From positions 61,070,001 through 61,134,000 of the forward strand of contig OX597821.1 of assembly GCA_951406725.2 (NCBI GenBank): DNA of 64,000 nucleotides, read 5' to 3'. This stretch comes from Octopus vulgaris (lineage: Eukaryota). The first letter of the stretch is position 1; every line of letters begins with the position of its first letter. Below the pieces are notes generated by a model, which saw nothing but the letters and a program-made list of their open reading frames with translations, was not told the origin of the DNA and did not search any database. A program made the translations under genes and the position numbers. Positions 14,386 to 27,421 of this stretch are shown piece by piece.

Positions 14386-15239
14386 GTGTGTGTATTTCTA
14401 TGGTCTATTTCAGAACGAACGAACGTTTAAGACAATTCAAAATCGTACATTATATTACAATTAGGTCTAAAAAGTAACACCTCAAATAATTTTGAAGATT
14501 GCTTTGACATCGGTCAAATATATGCATTTAATAAGTTAGATGTTAAATGTAGCAGACAAAATATAATGGTGTAACAGGGTGAAAAAAATTCTTAATGAAA
14601 CGTATTATATAGAATAACTGTACATGGTCATTTGGTGTCTATATTGGAAACATTTGAAGCACTTTGTATCCTAATAGTGTCATATACCAAATATGTAGCC
14701 TACTATATATTTTTGGAAGTGGCTATGTTTAAATATACTAAACTATAGATCCAAATGTTTTATATATTCATACAACACTAATGACAATGTTAGCAACAGA
14801 AAGTTCATCCTTACAAGAGTAAAAGACACATAGAAAAGATATTCAGCCAGTTTCTGTATTATTAGGAGGATGAGAGATAGTTTCTTTCTGGCTAGAAATC
14901 TTACTTCAGTAAGATATACTAACGTAAATATTTCGAACAAGCGCAATATTAAACTGTGCTTTTTATAGCGGGAAAATATACCACATTCACAAGCTAAATG
15001 CAGCTGAGAGGCCTCACTGTTGAGAACCAAGTATACTTTAACCAACGAGATAGAGCAGTTCAGTGACACTGATTGTCTTGTACTATATCAAATGTATCAT
15101 CTGTATAAATATAAATGGGGAAAATAGTGTGGAGTAGATGCAATTTATACCTGTCTGCGAGCACATTTGGTAGTGTTTTTCATGCACACATACTCACACA
15201 ACACAAACATACATATGCACACACACACACACGTGTATA

Positions 15240-15618
15240 TCTCTCTCTATATAAACGGCAGTTTGTCTGTGCGTGTTTCTGTGTGTCTGTTTGCTTGTAC
15301 CCTCACCCTGACCACGGCTTTCAACCGATTCTGATGAAACTTGACACACACATAGCCCAATGTCATAATTCAAAACTAACGCAGCGAAAATTTTGAAAAG
15401 TTCCCCCAGTTCTGAAAAAAATCGATAAATTCGACATGGGGTCGAGAATCAGAAACACAAACCGCAAACTGTCTAGAGGACGCAACTCCACCTTTTTTAA
15501 CTAAAAAAAAATTACCATCATTTTTTTCCATTTTTTTTATTTTTTGGCTATAACTCTCTAAAAATGCTTTATAGTTATTTTCCTTACAAACCTGAGCAAC
15601 GCCGGGCGATACTGCTAG
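15240..15618 (+). mobile_element. Non-autonomous Helitron (complete)
   Basis: A|TC 5' start, TATATAAA followed by (TGTC)-like repeats, a 3' hairpin CCTGAGCAACGCCGGG and a terminal CTAG|T. The same 3' end occurs at 19824 and 36187. Confidence 0.85.
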
Positions 15619-15966
15619 TTTATATATAAAAGTGAAGTTGTGTGTCTGTCTCCTACGATTTAGATTCCTAACTACTCCCACATTTTGCGGTGCAGTGTAA
15701 CCAAAAGCGGGTATCTTATAGTTGTGATTCATATCGAGCCCTTCCGGGTATTAGCGCGCTTCTACGATGAGTCTACGATGTAAAAAAAAAATTACCATCA
15801 TGTTTTTCCATTTTAATGCATTTTCTTCGCTATTATATAAGGGAAGTAACTCTCTAAAAATGTCTACGATGAGTCAACGATTTAAAAAAAATTTACGATA
15901 ATTTTTTTCCAATTTTAATGCATTTTTTTGCTATTTTTTGGCTATAACTCTCTGAAAATGCTTACA

Positions 15967-16368
15967 TTCTTCTTCTTCTTGTTTCAGTCATTTGACTGCG
16001 GCCATGCTGGAGCACCGCCTTTAGTCGAGCAAATCGACCCCAGGACTTATTCTTTGTAAGCCCAGTACTTATTCTATCGGTCTCTTTTGCCGAACCGCTA
16101 AGTAACGGGAACGTAACCACACCAGCATCGCTTGTCAAGCAATGCTAGGGGGACAAACACAGACACACAAACACACACATATACATATATACACATACAT
16201 ATATACGACAGGCTTCTTTCAATTTCCGTCTACCAAATCCACTCACAAGTCATTGGTCGGCCCGGGGCTATAGTATAAGACACTTGCCCAAGATGTCACG
16301 CAGTGGGACTGAACCCGGAACCATGTGGTTGGTTAGCAAGCTACTTACCACACAGCCACTCCTGCGCC
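15967..16368 (-). mobile_element. tRNA-derived SINE, family A (full length)
   Basis: Collinear with 1430-1867 and 32278-32764. Confidence 0.9.
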
Positions 16369-16530
16369 ATTATATATATATTCTCTCCCAATTTCGCAGT
16401 GTGTGTATGTGCATAAATAAATGTATTTACGGTAATGTATCCCATTGCTTAGGTTATAATATTTCATTAATATATGTTTTGATGAACGTCAGATCTGATA
16501 ACAAGATTGCTTTACACCATTCAAGGCCTC

Positions 16531-19500
16531 AGAGATCAAAGAGGGGTGCCGACAGAGATCAAAGGGGGTGCCGACAGAGATCAAAGAGGGGTGCCGACAG
16601 AGGTTAAAAAGGGTGCCGACAGAGATCAAAGTGGGTGCCGACAGAGATCAAAGAGGGGTGCTGACAAAGATCAAAGGGGGTGCCGACAGAGATCAAAGAG
16701 GGGTGTCGACAGAGATCAAAGAGGGGTGCCGACAGATATCAAAGGGGGTGCCGACAGAGATCAAAGAGGGGTGCCGACAGAGATCAAAGAGGGTGCCGAC
16801 AGAGATCAAAGAGGGTGCCGACAGATATCAAAGGGGGTGTACAGAGATCAAAGGGGTGCCGACAGAGATCAAAGAGGGGTGCCGACAGAGATCAAAGAGG
16901 GATGCCGACAGAGATCAAAGAGGGGTGCCGACAGAGATCAAAGAGGGATGCACAGATATCAAAGGGGGTGCCGACAGAGCTCATAGGGAGTGCCGACAGA
17001 GATCAAAGAGGGGTGCCGACAGAGATCAAAGAGGGTGCCGAAAGAGATCAAAGAGGGGTATCGACAGAGATAAAAGAGGGGTACCGACAGAGATCAAAGA
17101 GGGTACCGACAGAGATCAATAGGGGTGCCGACAGAAATCAAAGAGAGGTGCCGACAGAGATCAAAGAGGGGTGCCGACAGAGATCAAAGGGGGTGCCGAC
17201 AGAGACCAAAGAGAATGCCGACAGAGATCAAAGAGGGGTGCCGATAGAGATCAAAAAGGGTGCCGACAGAGACCAAAGGGGGTGCCGAAAGAGATCAAAG
17301 AGGGGTACCGGCAGAGATCAATGGGGGTGCCGACAGAAATCAAAGAGAGGTGCCGACAGAGATCAAAGAGGGGTGCCGACAGAGATCAAAGTGGGTGCCG
17401 ACAGAGACCAAAGAGAGTGCCGACAGAGATCAAAGAGGGGTGCCGACAGAGATCAAAAAGGGTGCCGACAGAGATCAAAGGGGGTGCCGACAGAGATCAA
17501 AGAGGGGTGCTGACAGAGATCAAAGAGGGGTGCCGACAGAGATCAAAGAGGGGTGCTGACAGAGATCAAAGAGGGTACCGACAGAGATCAAAGAGGGGTA
17601 TCGACAGAGATCAATGGGGGTGCCGACAGAAATCAATGAGAGGTGCCGACAGAGATCAAAGAGGGGTGCCGACAGAGATCAATGGGTGTGCCGACAGAGA
17701 TCAAAGAGGGTTGCCGACAGAGATCAATTGGGGTGCCGACAGAAATCAAAGAGAGGTGCCGACAGAGATCAAAGAGGGTACCGACAGAGATCAAAGAGGG
17801 GTACCGACAGAGATCAATGGGGGTGCAGACATAAAGCAATGAGAGGTGCCGACAGAGATCAAAGAGGGGTGTCGACAGAGATCAAAGGGGGTGTCGGCAG
17901 AGACCAAACAGGGTGCTGACAGAGATCAAAGAGGGATACCGACAGAGATAAAAGAGGGTGCCGACAAAGATCAAAGAGGGGTACCGACAGAGATCAAAGG
18001 GGGTGCCGACAGATATCAAAGAGGGGTACCTACAGAGATAAAAGAGGATGCCGACAGAGATCAAAGAGGGGTGCCGAAAGAGATCAAAAAGGGGTGCCGA
18101 CAGAGATCAAAGAGGGATGCCGACAGAAATCAAAGAGGGTGCCGACAGAGATCAATTGGAGTGCCGGCAGAAATCAAAGAGATGTGCCGACAGAGAGCAA
18201 AGGGGTGCCGACAGATATCAAAGGGGGTGCCGACAGAGAACAAAGAGGGTGCCGACAGATATCAAAGAGGGGTGCTGATAGAGATCAAAGGGCGTGCCGC
18301 CAGAGATCAAAGAGGGGTGCCGCCAGAGATCAAAGAGGGGTGCCGACAGGGATCAAAGAGGGGTGCCGACAGAGATCAAAGAGGGGTGCCGACAGAGATC
18401 AAAGGGGGTGCCGACAGAGATCAAAGGGGGTGCCGACAGAGATCAAAGAGGGGTGCCGACAGAGATCAAAGAGGGATGCACAGAGATCAAAGGGAGTGCC
18501 GACAGAGATCAAAGGGGGTGCCGATAGAGATCAAAGAGGCGTGCCGACAGAGATCAAAGAGGGGTGCCGATAGAGATCAAAGAAGGGTGCCGACAAGGAT
18601 CAAAGAGGGTGCCGACAGAGATCAATGGGGTGCTGACAGAGATGAAAGGGGGTGCCAACAGAGATCAAAGAGGGGTGCCGACAGAGATCAAAGGGGGTGC
18701 CGACATAGATCAAAGAGGGGTACCGACAGAGATCAAAGGGTGTGCCGACAGATACCAAAGAGGGGTACTTACAGAGATAAAAGAGGGTGCCGACAGAGAT
18801 CAAAGAGGGGTGCCGACAGAGATCAAAGGGGGTGCCGACAGAGATCAAAGAGGGTGCCGACAGAGATCAAAGATGGTGCCGACAGAAATCAAAGAGGGGT
18901 GCCGACAGAGATCAAAGGGTGTGCCGACAGAGATCAAAGGGGGTGCCGACAGAGACCAAAGAGGGTGCCGACATAGATCAAAGAGGGGTGCCGACAGATA
19001 TCAAAGGGGGTGTTGACAGAGATCAAAGAGGGTGCCGACAGAGATCAAAAAGGGGTGTCAACAGAGATCAAAGGGGTGCCGACAGAGATCAAAGAGGGGT
19101 GCCGACAGAAATCAAAGACGGGTGCCGACAGAGATCAAAGGGGGTGTACAGAGATCAAAGGGGGTGCCGACAGAGATCAAAGAGGGGTACCGACAGAGAT
19201 CAAAGAGGAGTACCGACAGAGATCAAAGAGGGATGCCGACAGAGATCAAAGAGGGGTGTCGACAGAGATCAAAGGGGGATGCACAGAGATCAAAGGGGGT
19301 GCCGACAGAGATCAAAGTGTGTGCCCACTGAGATCAAAGAGGGGTGCCGAAAGAGATCAAAGAGGGGTGCCGATAGAGATCAAAGAAGGGTGCCGACAAG
19401 GATCAAAGAGGGTGCCGACAGAGATCAATGGGGTGCCGACAGAGATCAAAGGGGGGTGCCGACAGAGATCAAAGTGGGGTGCCGACAGAGATCAAAGGGG

Positions 19501-19784
19501 GTTCCGACAGAGATCAAAGAGGGGTGCCGGGAGAGACCAAAGTGTTGCCAAAAGAGGTCAAAGAGGGGTGCCGACAGAGATCAAAGGAGGTACCGACAGA
19601 GATCAAAGGGGATGCCGACATAGTTCAAAGAGGGGTGCCGACAGAGATCAAAGAGGGGTGCCGACAGAGATCAAAGGAGGGTGCCGATAGAGATCAAAGA
19701 GGGGTGTCGAGAGATATCAAAGGGGGTGTCGACAGAGATCAAAGAGTGTGCCGAAAAAGATCCAAGAGGGTGCCGAAAGAGATC
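16531..19784 (+). repeat. Minisatellite, consensus AGAGATCAAAGAGGGGTGCCGAC (23 bp, with frequent 22-bp variants), roughly 145 units
   Basis: Head-to-tail units with no unique spacers and a strongly purine-rich plus strand. Unit count estimated from length. Confidence 0.97.
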
Positions 19785-19898
19785 TTCCCTTACAAACCCG
19801 AGCAACGCCGGGCGATACTGCTAGTGTATAATATACATGAATACATACCTACGGTCATATGTATGTATGTGTGTATATATGTATGTATGCATGTATGT

Positions 19899-20335
19899 AT
19901 GTGGCGGTCCTATAAAAGACGGTGTTACTGTTGATTAAGCCCAAGGAAAACATCTTTTCCAGCTGGCCATCGACACAGTCTGTGTCCGTATAGCTTTTGC
20001 AAGGGAGGTCATCGCCCCCATCTCCAACTTTACTTGATACTCACAGACCATAGTTTCTGGTTGGTTACCTGTCCTCAGTGTGAGATAATCATTGGCTGTT
20101 GATGAAATCTTTCGCCACACGAAAACTCTATGTATTCTTTAAGCGACACACAGTCGCTTATCTCGTATAGAGAAAAACGATTTATTTTTAATCTCTCAGA
20201 GTGAGGTGTAGAGTAACTGTACCCAATAGTAAAGTTTATTTATCAACAAAATGTGGCGGTCCTATAAAGGGCGATGTTACTGTTGTTTAAGCCCCAGGAA
20301 AGCATCTTCTCCAGCTGGCTATCAACGACACACAG
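19899..20335 (-). mobile_element. Diverged copy of the ~350-bp hammerhead-containing tandem unit (putative non-LTR retrozyme), ~1.25 units
   Basis: ATGTGGCGGTCCTATAAA recurs at 19899 and 20251 (period 352). The reverse complement aligns by eye over the whole unit with 48069-48698. Confidence 0.8.
20035..20091 (-). ncRNA. Type I hammerhead ribozyme (canonical core, decayed stem II)
   Basis: Minus strand UGAU-UAU-CUCACA CUGAGGA CAGGUAACCAACCA GAAAC UAUG GUC UGUGAG-U-AUCA. Stem I is a perfect 6-bp CUCACA/UGUGAG, followed by the CUGANGA and GAAA boxes and a GUC triplet. Confidence 0.8.
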
Positions 20336-21258
20336 CATTCGCAGAGCATAGTTACGATTTATGAATATCTGGGTAATGGACTCAACACACTTCCACTACG
20401 CTACTCTGCTCAACTTCAGATCTACATATACATACACACATACATACATAAAATCATACATACATACATACAATCATACATATATACATATATGTGTGTG
20501 TGTCTTCGTGGTGCTTGTTTGTGTAATACATACCTATGTAGTACATACTTGTGTGTAGAACATACCTATAACATACAATCACAAATAAATACACTTCCAC
20601 ATAAAAAAGACCATAACAAGTGTACAAATGAGCTAAAAATGGCAGTAATGTGAAATAATGTAACAGTTTGTGATTAAGGTATTAACTGAATCTAATAACA
20701 AAGCTATCCACCTTAGACGTCTCGTCTTACATTACGTTACGTTTATTTCTTAGCAGTTTTATTATCTTATATTTTTTATCTTGATGAAGACAGACAGCTA
20801 ATTCGTCAAATTCGATAAAGTTTGCCCCCTTTAACACTTTAAATAAAACTCTGTCTGACAAAGTAAAACGATAAAAAAGCTATATAAATTTCGTATGTAT
20901 AAAACGAAACAGGAATTGACGAAAAGATTTAATAGAATTTATTTTATGTTAGGTATCAAAACAACAGTTCGTCCAATTTCTCGTTATCCGTTGAGTGTGA
21001 AAAAATAAAATCTAAATAAAAAATATAAAAAGACAAATAAAAAAAAGAAGCATTATCAATTCTAATCTTTCCTATGTTGAAATTTTAGGAATTAAACATT
21101 AGCCAAGATGAAGTTCAATTTTTATGTTATAAGAGTGAAATGCAAAATCCTGGTATTTATTTCCTATTTCTCTTTTCATCTAAAAAAATTTAATTATGTC
21201 TCAGTCAACTTTTATCAAAATTGCTCCATCGATTCTCGAAAAGAAACACACACACACA

Positions 21259-21310
<52 letters not shown>

Positions 21311-22058
21311 CACATATGTATATCAACAAACTTTTATTGGCAAGATATAGAACAATCAATTGGTCTCTGCTATAAGTAAAAGAAACGATAACAAAAAAAT
21401 AACGGCGATAAATTACATTCTTTTATACGTTTATTAATCACACTGCTGTATTATACAAGGGTTCAACAGGTGACAGACAAGATTTAATTGGACTCATACG
21501 CTCGTTTATATTGTAGCGTAACTTTTCTATATTCGATCTGATACGTTGCTTCCTGTATGTTGGCTGAGGTGACTGGAGTTAAATACATCGGCCAAGGGTA
21601 AAAGTTAACAGCTGCGATGAGAAGAACAGCCTATTTATGCTGTTAATTTCCACGAACGCCAATAATTCTCTCGTTCCACGCTAGTATTAATCAACAAATA
21701 CAAACAACATAGACAACTTTAAACATTTATTTCATAATTCCAAATTAAATTCCAGAGTCTGCTGACTGTTGGTTAATTACTTTTGAGTAATTACAGAATT
21801 CAGTTTCTATTAATATATTAAGTACCGGTCGATTGTCTGCGTTAAAGTAAATTTGGTGCTGAATTTAAACTGAAAGTGTGATATATGTATATTTATATGT
21901 ATGTATCTTTAGTTATTTTACAGAGTGTTTTATTGGTAGAGCTGAGTTGCTGTCTGCGACATTCTAAATTGCAGTTAAACGAACTGTAATAACCCCACCA
22001 AGAAGAAATATTTACACATAGAATAATGATAGATTAGATGATGGTGATGATGATTATT

Positions 22059-22093
<35 letters not shown>

Positions 22094-22129
22094 AAAAACA
22101 AAACTAAATAAAATAGTTGCTTGTAATAT

Positions 22130-22535
22130 AGACACAAGGCTAAATATTTGGTGAAGGGGGTTAATCGGCGTTATCAAATCCAGTACATAACTGGCACTGT
22201 TTTACCGATCCTGGAGGAATAAAAGGTAAAATGAACTGCGACAGAATTTGAACTTGGAACGTAAAGTCGGATGAAACGTCGCTAAGAATTTTGTCCGTGA
22301 CGCTAACGATTCTGCCAGCTCGGGGCCTCAACTTGATAACGTCTACAAATTTTGGCCCTAGGCCAGCAGTTTTAGACAGAATGGGTTAGTGAATTATATC
22401 GATCCTAGGACTTGACTGGTCCTTTATGTTATCGACCCTGCAAGAATCTCGGTAGGATTTGAACTAAGAACCTAAGGCGCCGGAAACAATATCGTTAAGC
22501 ATTTTATCCGACGCGCTAACGATTCTGCCACTCCA
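22130..22535 (-). mobile_element. Two old, diverged copies of SINE family C
   Basis: Minus-strand matches to GAGCTGGCAGAATCGTTAGC...GTTCAAAT...GTCGATAA, as in 50888-51118. Confidence 0.7.
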
Positions 22536-25412
22536 TCGGGAGATAGCATGCAAGGGAAGGTTGCCTGATTTCTCCGAAAAATATTCAATAACCACGATCA
22601 AACCACAACGGAAATCGAAAATATTGCGAATAATACTCTGTAAAATGTATTGATCGTTTCTGCTTATATATGATATATTACAAATGTTGAAATTATTCTG
22701 TGTTCGTATATCATATATGAACAAACTATCGAGGCACAATCCATATAAATACGAAACCAAGTCTTTTCCCCGCCACTTCACGTGAAAAATGGCAATTCAA
22801 GCAAAATGTTATTGTTCGACTCAAAATAAATAATAAAGATGCACGTCCATTGAAGTGAATTCAAAAGCAAAAACAAAACAAAACAAAGCAACGCGCGTGA
22901 AATTCCCGAAAACATTACGAACAAATGAAACGGTACCCAATGAAATTGATAACAGTTCAAATAAAGAACCGGGTTTACTCGTTAAATGTCACGAATCGAA
23001 CGGAAAGGCACCAATGGACACGAGATGAATGTATTTACATTCTATAAGCTTATTTTATGGCATCATTCTGCGTAACAAAAATATACGACTCCATATTGTT
23101 GTAAACTTTGGAAGAAAAATCATTAGGTCCCAGTAGACTAGCTAACCGAAGAAGAGAAACAAAATATCAGACATTGAAGTAAGACATTGGAAAGATGGAA
23201 TACATTGTGAAAACAACACGAATGAACACAAGAAAACGAGCAGCAATAAAAACAATGAGAACATAAACGAAGATAGAACTAGCATGCAAAGCGAATGAAG
23301 TAAATAGCAAAATTCGAAAAATTCAAACCCTGGGACAAGAATGAAAAGAATTCGATTATTATGCTGTGCCTAAACTTTTCCCCTCTACTTGCAATTTATG
23401 TAATTCTCTCAGGATATCTCATAAAATGATCGGAATATTATAGAAAACTTAATTTTCTTAGAGTACATGCGTATCTTTCTCAGCCTTATATAGCAGTTGT
23501 TGACCAACAGCATATTAACATGATAGTATTGAATGATTCAGGAGTACATGTAAAGATTAGCTTCTGGGCGTGTATTGATTTTCAGAAAACGTTTGGTTCG
23601 ATTCCGCCTGAAATCAATCGACAACACACTAGAGCATTAGTATTAGTAAATCAGATACTATATGAGCTACACACAAGTCATCCCCTATCCCTCAAATTCT
23701 TATCATACACTTATATAAGTAATCGATATTTACCATACAAATTGAGAATATAAGGCACATGAAAAGGTATCGATATTGTTGCTTATGGATGATAAACGCC
23801 GCAAATACGATTTCTTTACTGAAATAATACATTATATAATATCAGGATTCCGACAATTAACTCCCACAATATCTTAGAAGAAATATAACACTAAAACCCT
23901 TATACAGTTGGCTTTCAACTTCTGAAAGAAAATATTATGTGGTTATCAATGGAACATTCTGTCGTCTTCGGAAGTAGCAATGCAAAGAGATTTGTGGATA
24001 TTTTTCATATACACGGACAACAAATAATGCCGAATATTAAAGAATCCTCCTTTTTTATGACAAACATAATAATAGTTGTTTTAATAATCGACATGACAAT
24101 ATTGAATGAATTTACTTTGTAGCAGTGAGCATAAAAGCCAAAACATTATACATTGGCTTAACTAAGATATTGCGTTTAACCATACAGTACACCTACCACT
24201 GAAAGGCTTGCAGAAATGACCAAATCTCTAAACTTTGGATAAACATCTAATACATACAAATTACTTAGAAATATTTAGAAACAGCGCCTAAAAGCATAAC
24301 TTACTAAACAACATGTCAGAAACATCAAACAACCCAACTACAGGCTTAGGAGTTGTTTGCGTATAATAAATAAAAAATCAATTTTATCGTAAATAATAAA
24401 TGCTTTCTCTGAAATAAGAAACAAAACACATCAGAAGAGCTGATCAATGCTGCAATCACACTTATGGATAGGAAAATCAATTACAACAAAGCTGTAACTA
24501 AAGAATGCCTCGTCCAATTGATTCAAAAAATGCTTTCAACTAAATTTCTCATCCATGGGTACTGAAAAGATTAAAGGAAACTATTACAACTTTTAAAGTG
24601 AACCACCCAAAGTAGGCGTAGTCATAACACATACTAGTTCTATACTCACCGATTTGATGACTGCATGATGGTAATAGATAGAAATTATTTGTCTATTTAA
24701 ATTCTATCAATATTATAGAACATATCATGTTTAAATACACACAATGTTTGAAAGACTCAGAAAATTATTAACTTTTTCACTTTCAAAAAGTTGATGTTAT
24801 TCTGTCAACTAAATATATAAACTGTACAATATTGACATTTATTTAGCTGACATCCCTATGAACAATGATCCTCGTCAAGGTTTGCTTTCATTATTATAAT
24901 GTGCCTTTCTGGTTGATTTGCAAGAGACTTGTCTGCTACCACTAAGGAGTCAAATAATTACATAACAGCTCTCACGTTTATGCATATGTGTTTACGTTAG
25001 TAATGCCAGTAGCAGATGATAAATATAAAAAAAATTCTCTTCATAATAGTTGTGTCTAAATGTATCAATGCAACATGTCAGTAAACTAACTTGGACAAAA
25101 TTTCTTCATATATAAAAATAGTTTCAGAGAATATTTTTATTCAGAGAATAGTTTCAGAGAATTATTTTTATTCTCAGAATAAATTTTCACGATAAGGAAT
25201 GCTTTCTTGAATGTTTCAGTTTCACAATTTTTGTCAAAATATGTAAGTTGAAAATGATATGTTTACCTACTAAACATGAGAATTGATTGTTTTACTGACA
25301 GAATATCTTTGTAAAGTTTTGTAAAATAGTTTACACATCTCAGTAATAAGTTGTTTTATGTAGTAGATGGAACTACATTCAAAACATCGAAATAGTTGTA
25401 CAGCTGCGTCAG

Positions 25413-25513
25413 CTATTTTACTGACTCAAAGTTTAATACATCTGTTACTGTTTTTAATATCTGGTCTCTTTCTTCTTCCAACTTCTCTGATTTTATCTTT
25501 TTTCTTTCATCAA
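25413..25513 (-). CDS. Candidate terminal coding exon, unknown protein (xDERKKIKSEKLEEERDQILKTVTDVLNFESVK*)
   Basis: Pyrimidine-rich acceptor CATCTTTTATCAG, phase 1, then 32 sense codons with natural helical composition and TAG. It lies in non-repetitive DNA, with AT-rich UTR-like sequence downstream. Confidence 0.35.
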
Positions 25514-26569
25514 CTGATAAAAGATGTCAATTGAGAGTAATGTTCTTATATAGTGAATACTCGGTATGCTTGGACAAAGTGAAAGTAGACAAAAATTGCT
25601 TAAGTTTTTCTGAGAAGCTCAGGGATCAAAAGACAGAAACAACAGGTACAAAACAACAGCGACAAAACCAGACACCACCTAAAACATATAATGAATGAAG
25701 AAGTTTTTTTCTTGGATTCATGTCGGTTCTGTCTGAATGGAGCCATGATGAAAGACGCGTGAGGCATGACCACCTGGTATGTTATATTCAAAACTGGAAT
25801 GTAAGAAATGCGTCGATCAACCGTTGTTGCTGTATATGCAACTAGGATACAACAATATGTTGATCAAAAGGTCTCCTGTTTCTTAAGATATATAGGATGT
25901 GATCTGATGCAGAGTTGCTTTTATTTCAAGCAGTCTCAACGATCCGTCGAAAACATATTATACGTCGAAAACATATTATAAAAAGTGAAATGTATAGTGG
26001 AAAATTGTGTTGAGAAACTGAATATATAAAAATGGTGAAACTAATATCTGAATCAAGTTGTTTTTAACGACCCAATATTTAGCAAAAGTCATAATAAGGC
26101 CGGATGCTTCTTTGTGCTTATACCATACCATAAAATACATGTGATTGGTCATCTTTAGCCCCAGGACGTCTCTAATGGAGAGGATATAACACCAAAAGCA
26201 TATTAAATAGGAAATATTGTTTCATGTTCAAGTACTGTACATCTAAGATTGTATAGTCAAAGTAGGGCTTCCATTTATACGACACCAGATCGACAGCGCA
26301 GGAACTCCCACGTTGGTGTCGTTAAACGTCATTCAACACTAAATGCCTAAGAGAATGAAATTCTCCGGTTCGTATGCATTTGAACACTAGAGAAGATCCT
26401 ATATACACAACTATTTTAAAGACTAAAGAAATCAAGATATCGTTCTAATGGATTAATTTGAACGGTCGAAAACAAATTTAACTGTTTCAGAGATACCTCA
26501 CATTTACATATGGCAATATAGACATGTTACTGTAATATGCATACGTGACATGTATACACCCCCCCCACA

Positions 26570-26620
<51 letters not shown>

Positions 26621-27239
26621 GTATTATACGTTAAAAGTCAGTTTGAATCTTGCTTGTTTGCAATGTTACTCAGCCAATCTGGTACATTATGGGAAAATAT
26701 TCCGGAAATAATCTTAATCCTGAAAGGTAAGAAACCCTTATCTTTCGATTAGAAACAGTGACTTGACAACGATAAAATAGGATTTGTTTATTTTCATTAA
26801 ATGTTTCTACTTTCGCTTTTGTTAAACACAATAGTTTATTCATTTAGAAATATTTTTTTAAGTGAATGTGATTTCAAAAATGTAAGGTGTTTGTATAGTA
26901 AGTATTTATATGTTAGCTTTCTTTAAACAGACAATATTTTAATGTTTCCTTAAATGATTTTCAAGTGAATACCATTACAAATTTGTTTTGGGGATATCCA
27001 AAAAATGTTTTAAAGTGCAAATTACTTTAAAAATACTGTAAATATTCATAAAAGACTCGTTTTTACCCTCGGTGTGAAATAGTATCTTTTCATTGTTTTT
27101 TTCGAGTGCATTCAACGTATCCCACCTCCAAAGATTTGGCTGCTATTTCTTGCACGCCCTGCTACCACGTAACAGCTATTTGCGATAAAGGACGCTACAT
27201 ACCTGTTACGTTGTAGCAGAACGTTCAAGAAATCGCAGT

Positions 27240-27411
27240 CAATTTTACCTTTTCTGTGAAAAGGAGCCGTTTATGCATGATTTTGATGTCACATTCGCTG
27301 AAAGCATGAGAAATAACCTGGAAAAGAAAACAAAACCCATGAAACTAAACTCCGTTCCTGGGGAACTCAGTTTCCTAGTGATCCTACGGGTCACGGGTAG
27401 TCCGGTCTAGT
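27240..27411 (+). mobile_element. Helitron-like 3' end (left boundary uncertain)
   Basis: Imperfect GC-rich hairpin CCTACGGGTCACGGGTAG followed within ~10 nt by CTAG|T. Confidence 0.5.
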
Positions 27412-27421
27412 ATATATATAT

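Larger units (their letters stand above)
15619..19824 (+). mobile_element. Second head-to-tail Helitron, interrupted by 3.8 kb of inserted or captured DNA
   Basis: 15619-15964 is homologous to the element at 35673-36187 up to AAATGCTTA. The remaining terminus TTCCCTTACAAACCCGAGCAACGCCGGGCGATACTGCTAG resumes at 19785-19824. Confidence 0.7.

Noticed and set aside
16531-19784. CRISPR array or long repetitive protein gene (ORFs up to 376 aa)
   Set aside because: There are no unique spacers and no cas genes. The unit length is not a multiple of 3, and 1-bp indels shuffle frames constantly, so the ORFs reflect a stop-free repeat unit.
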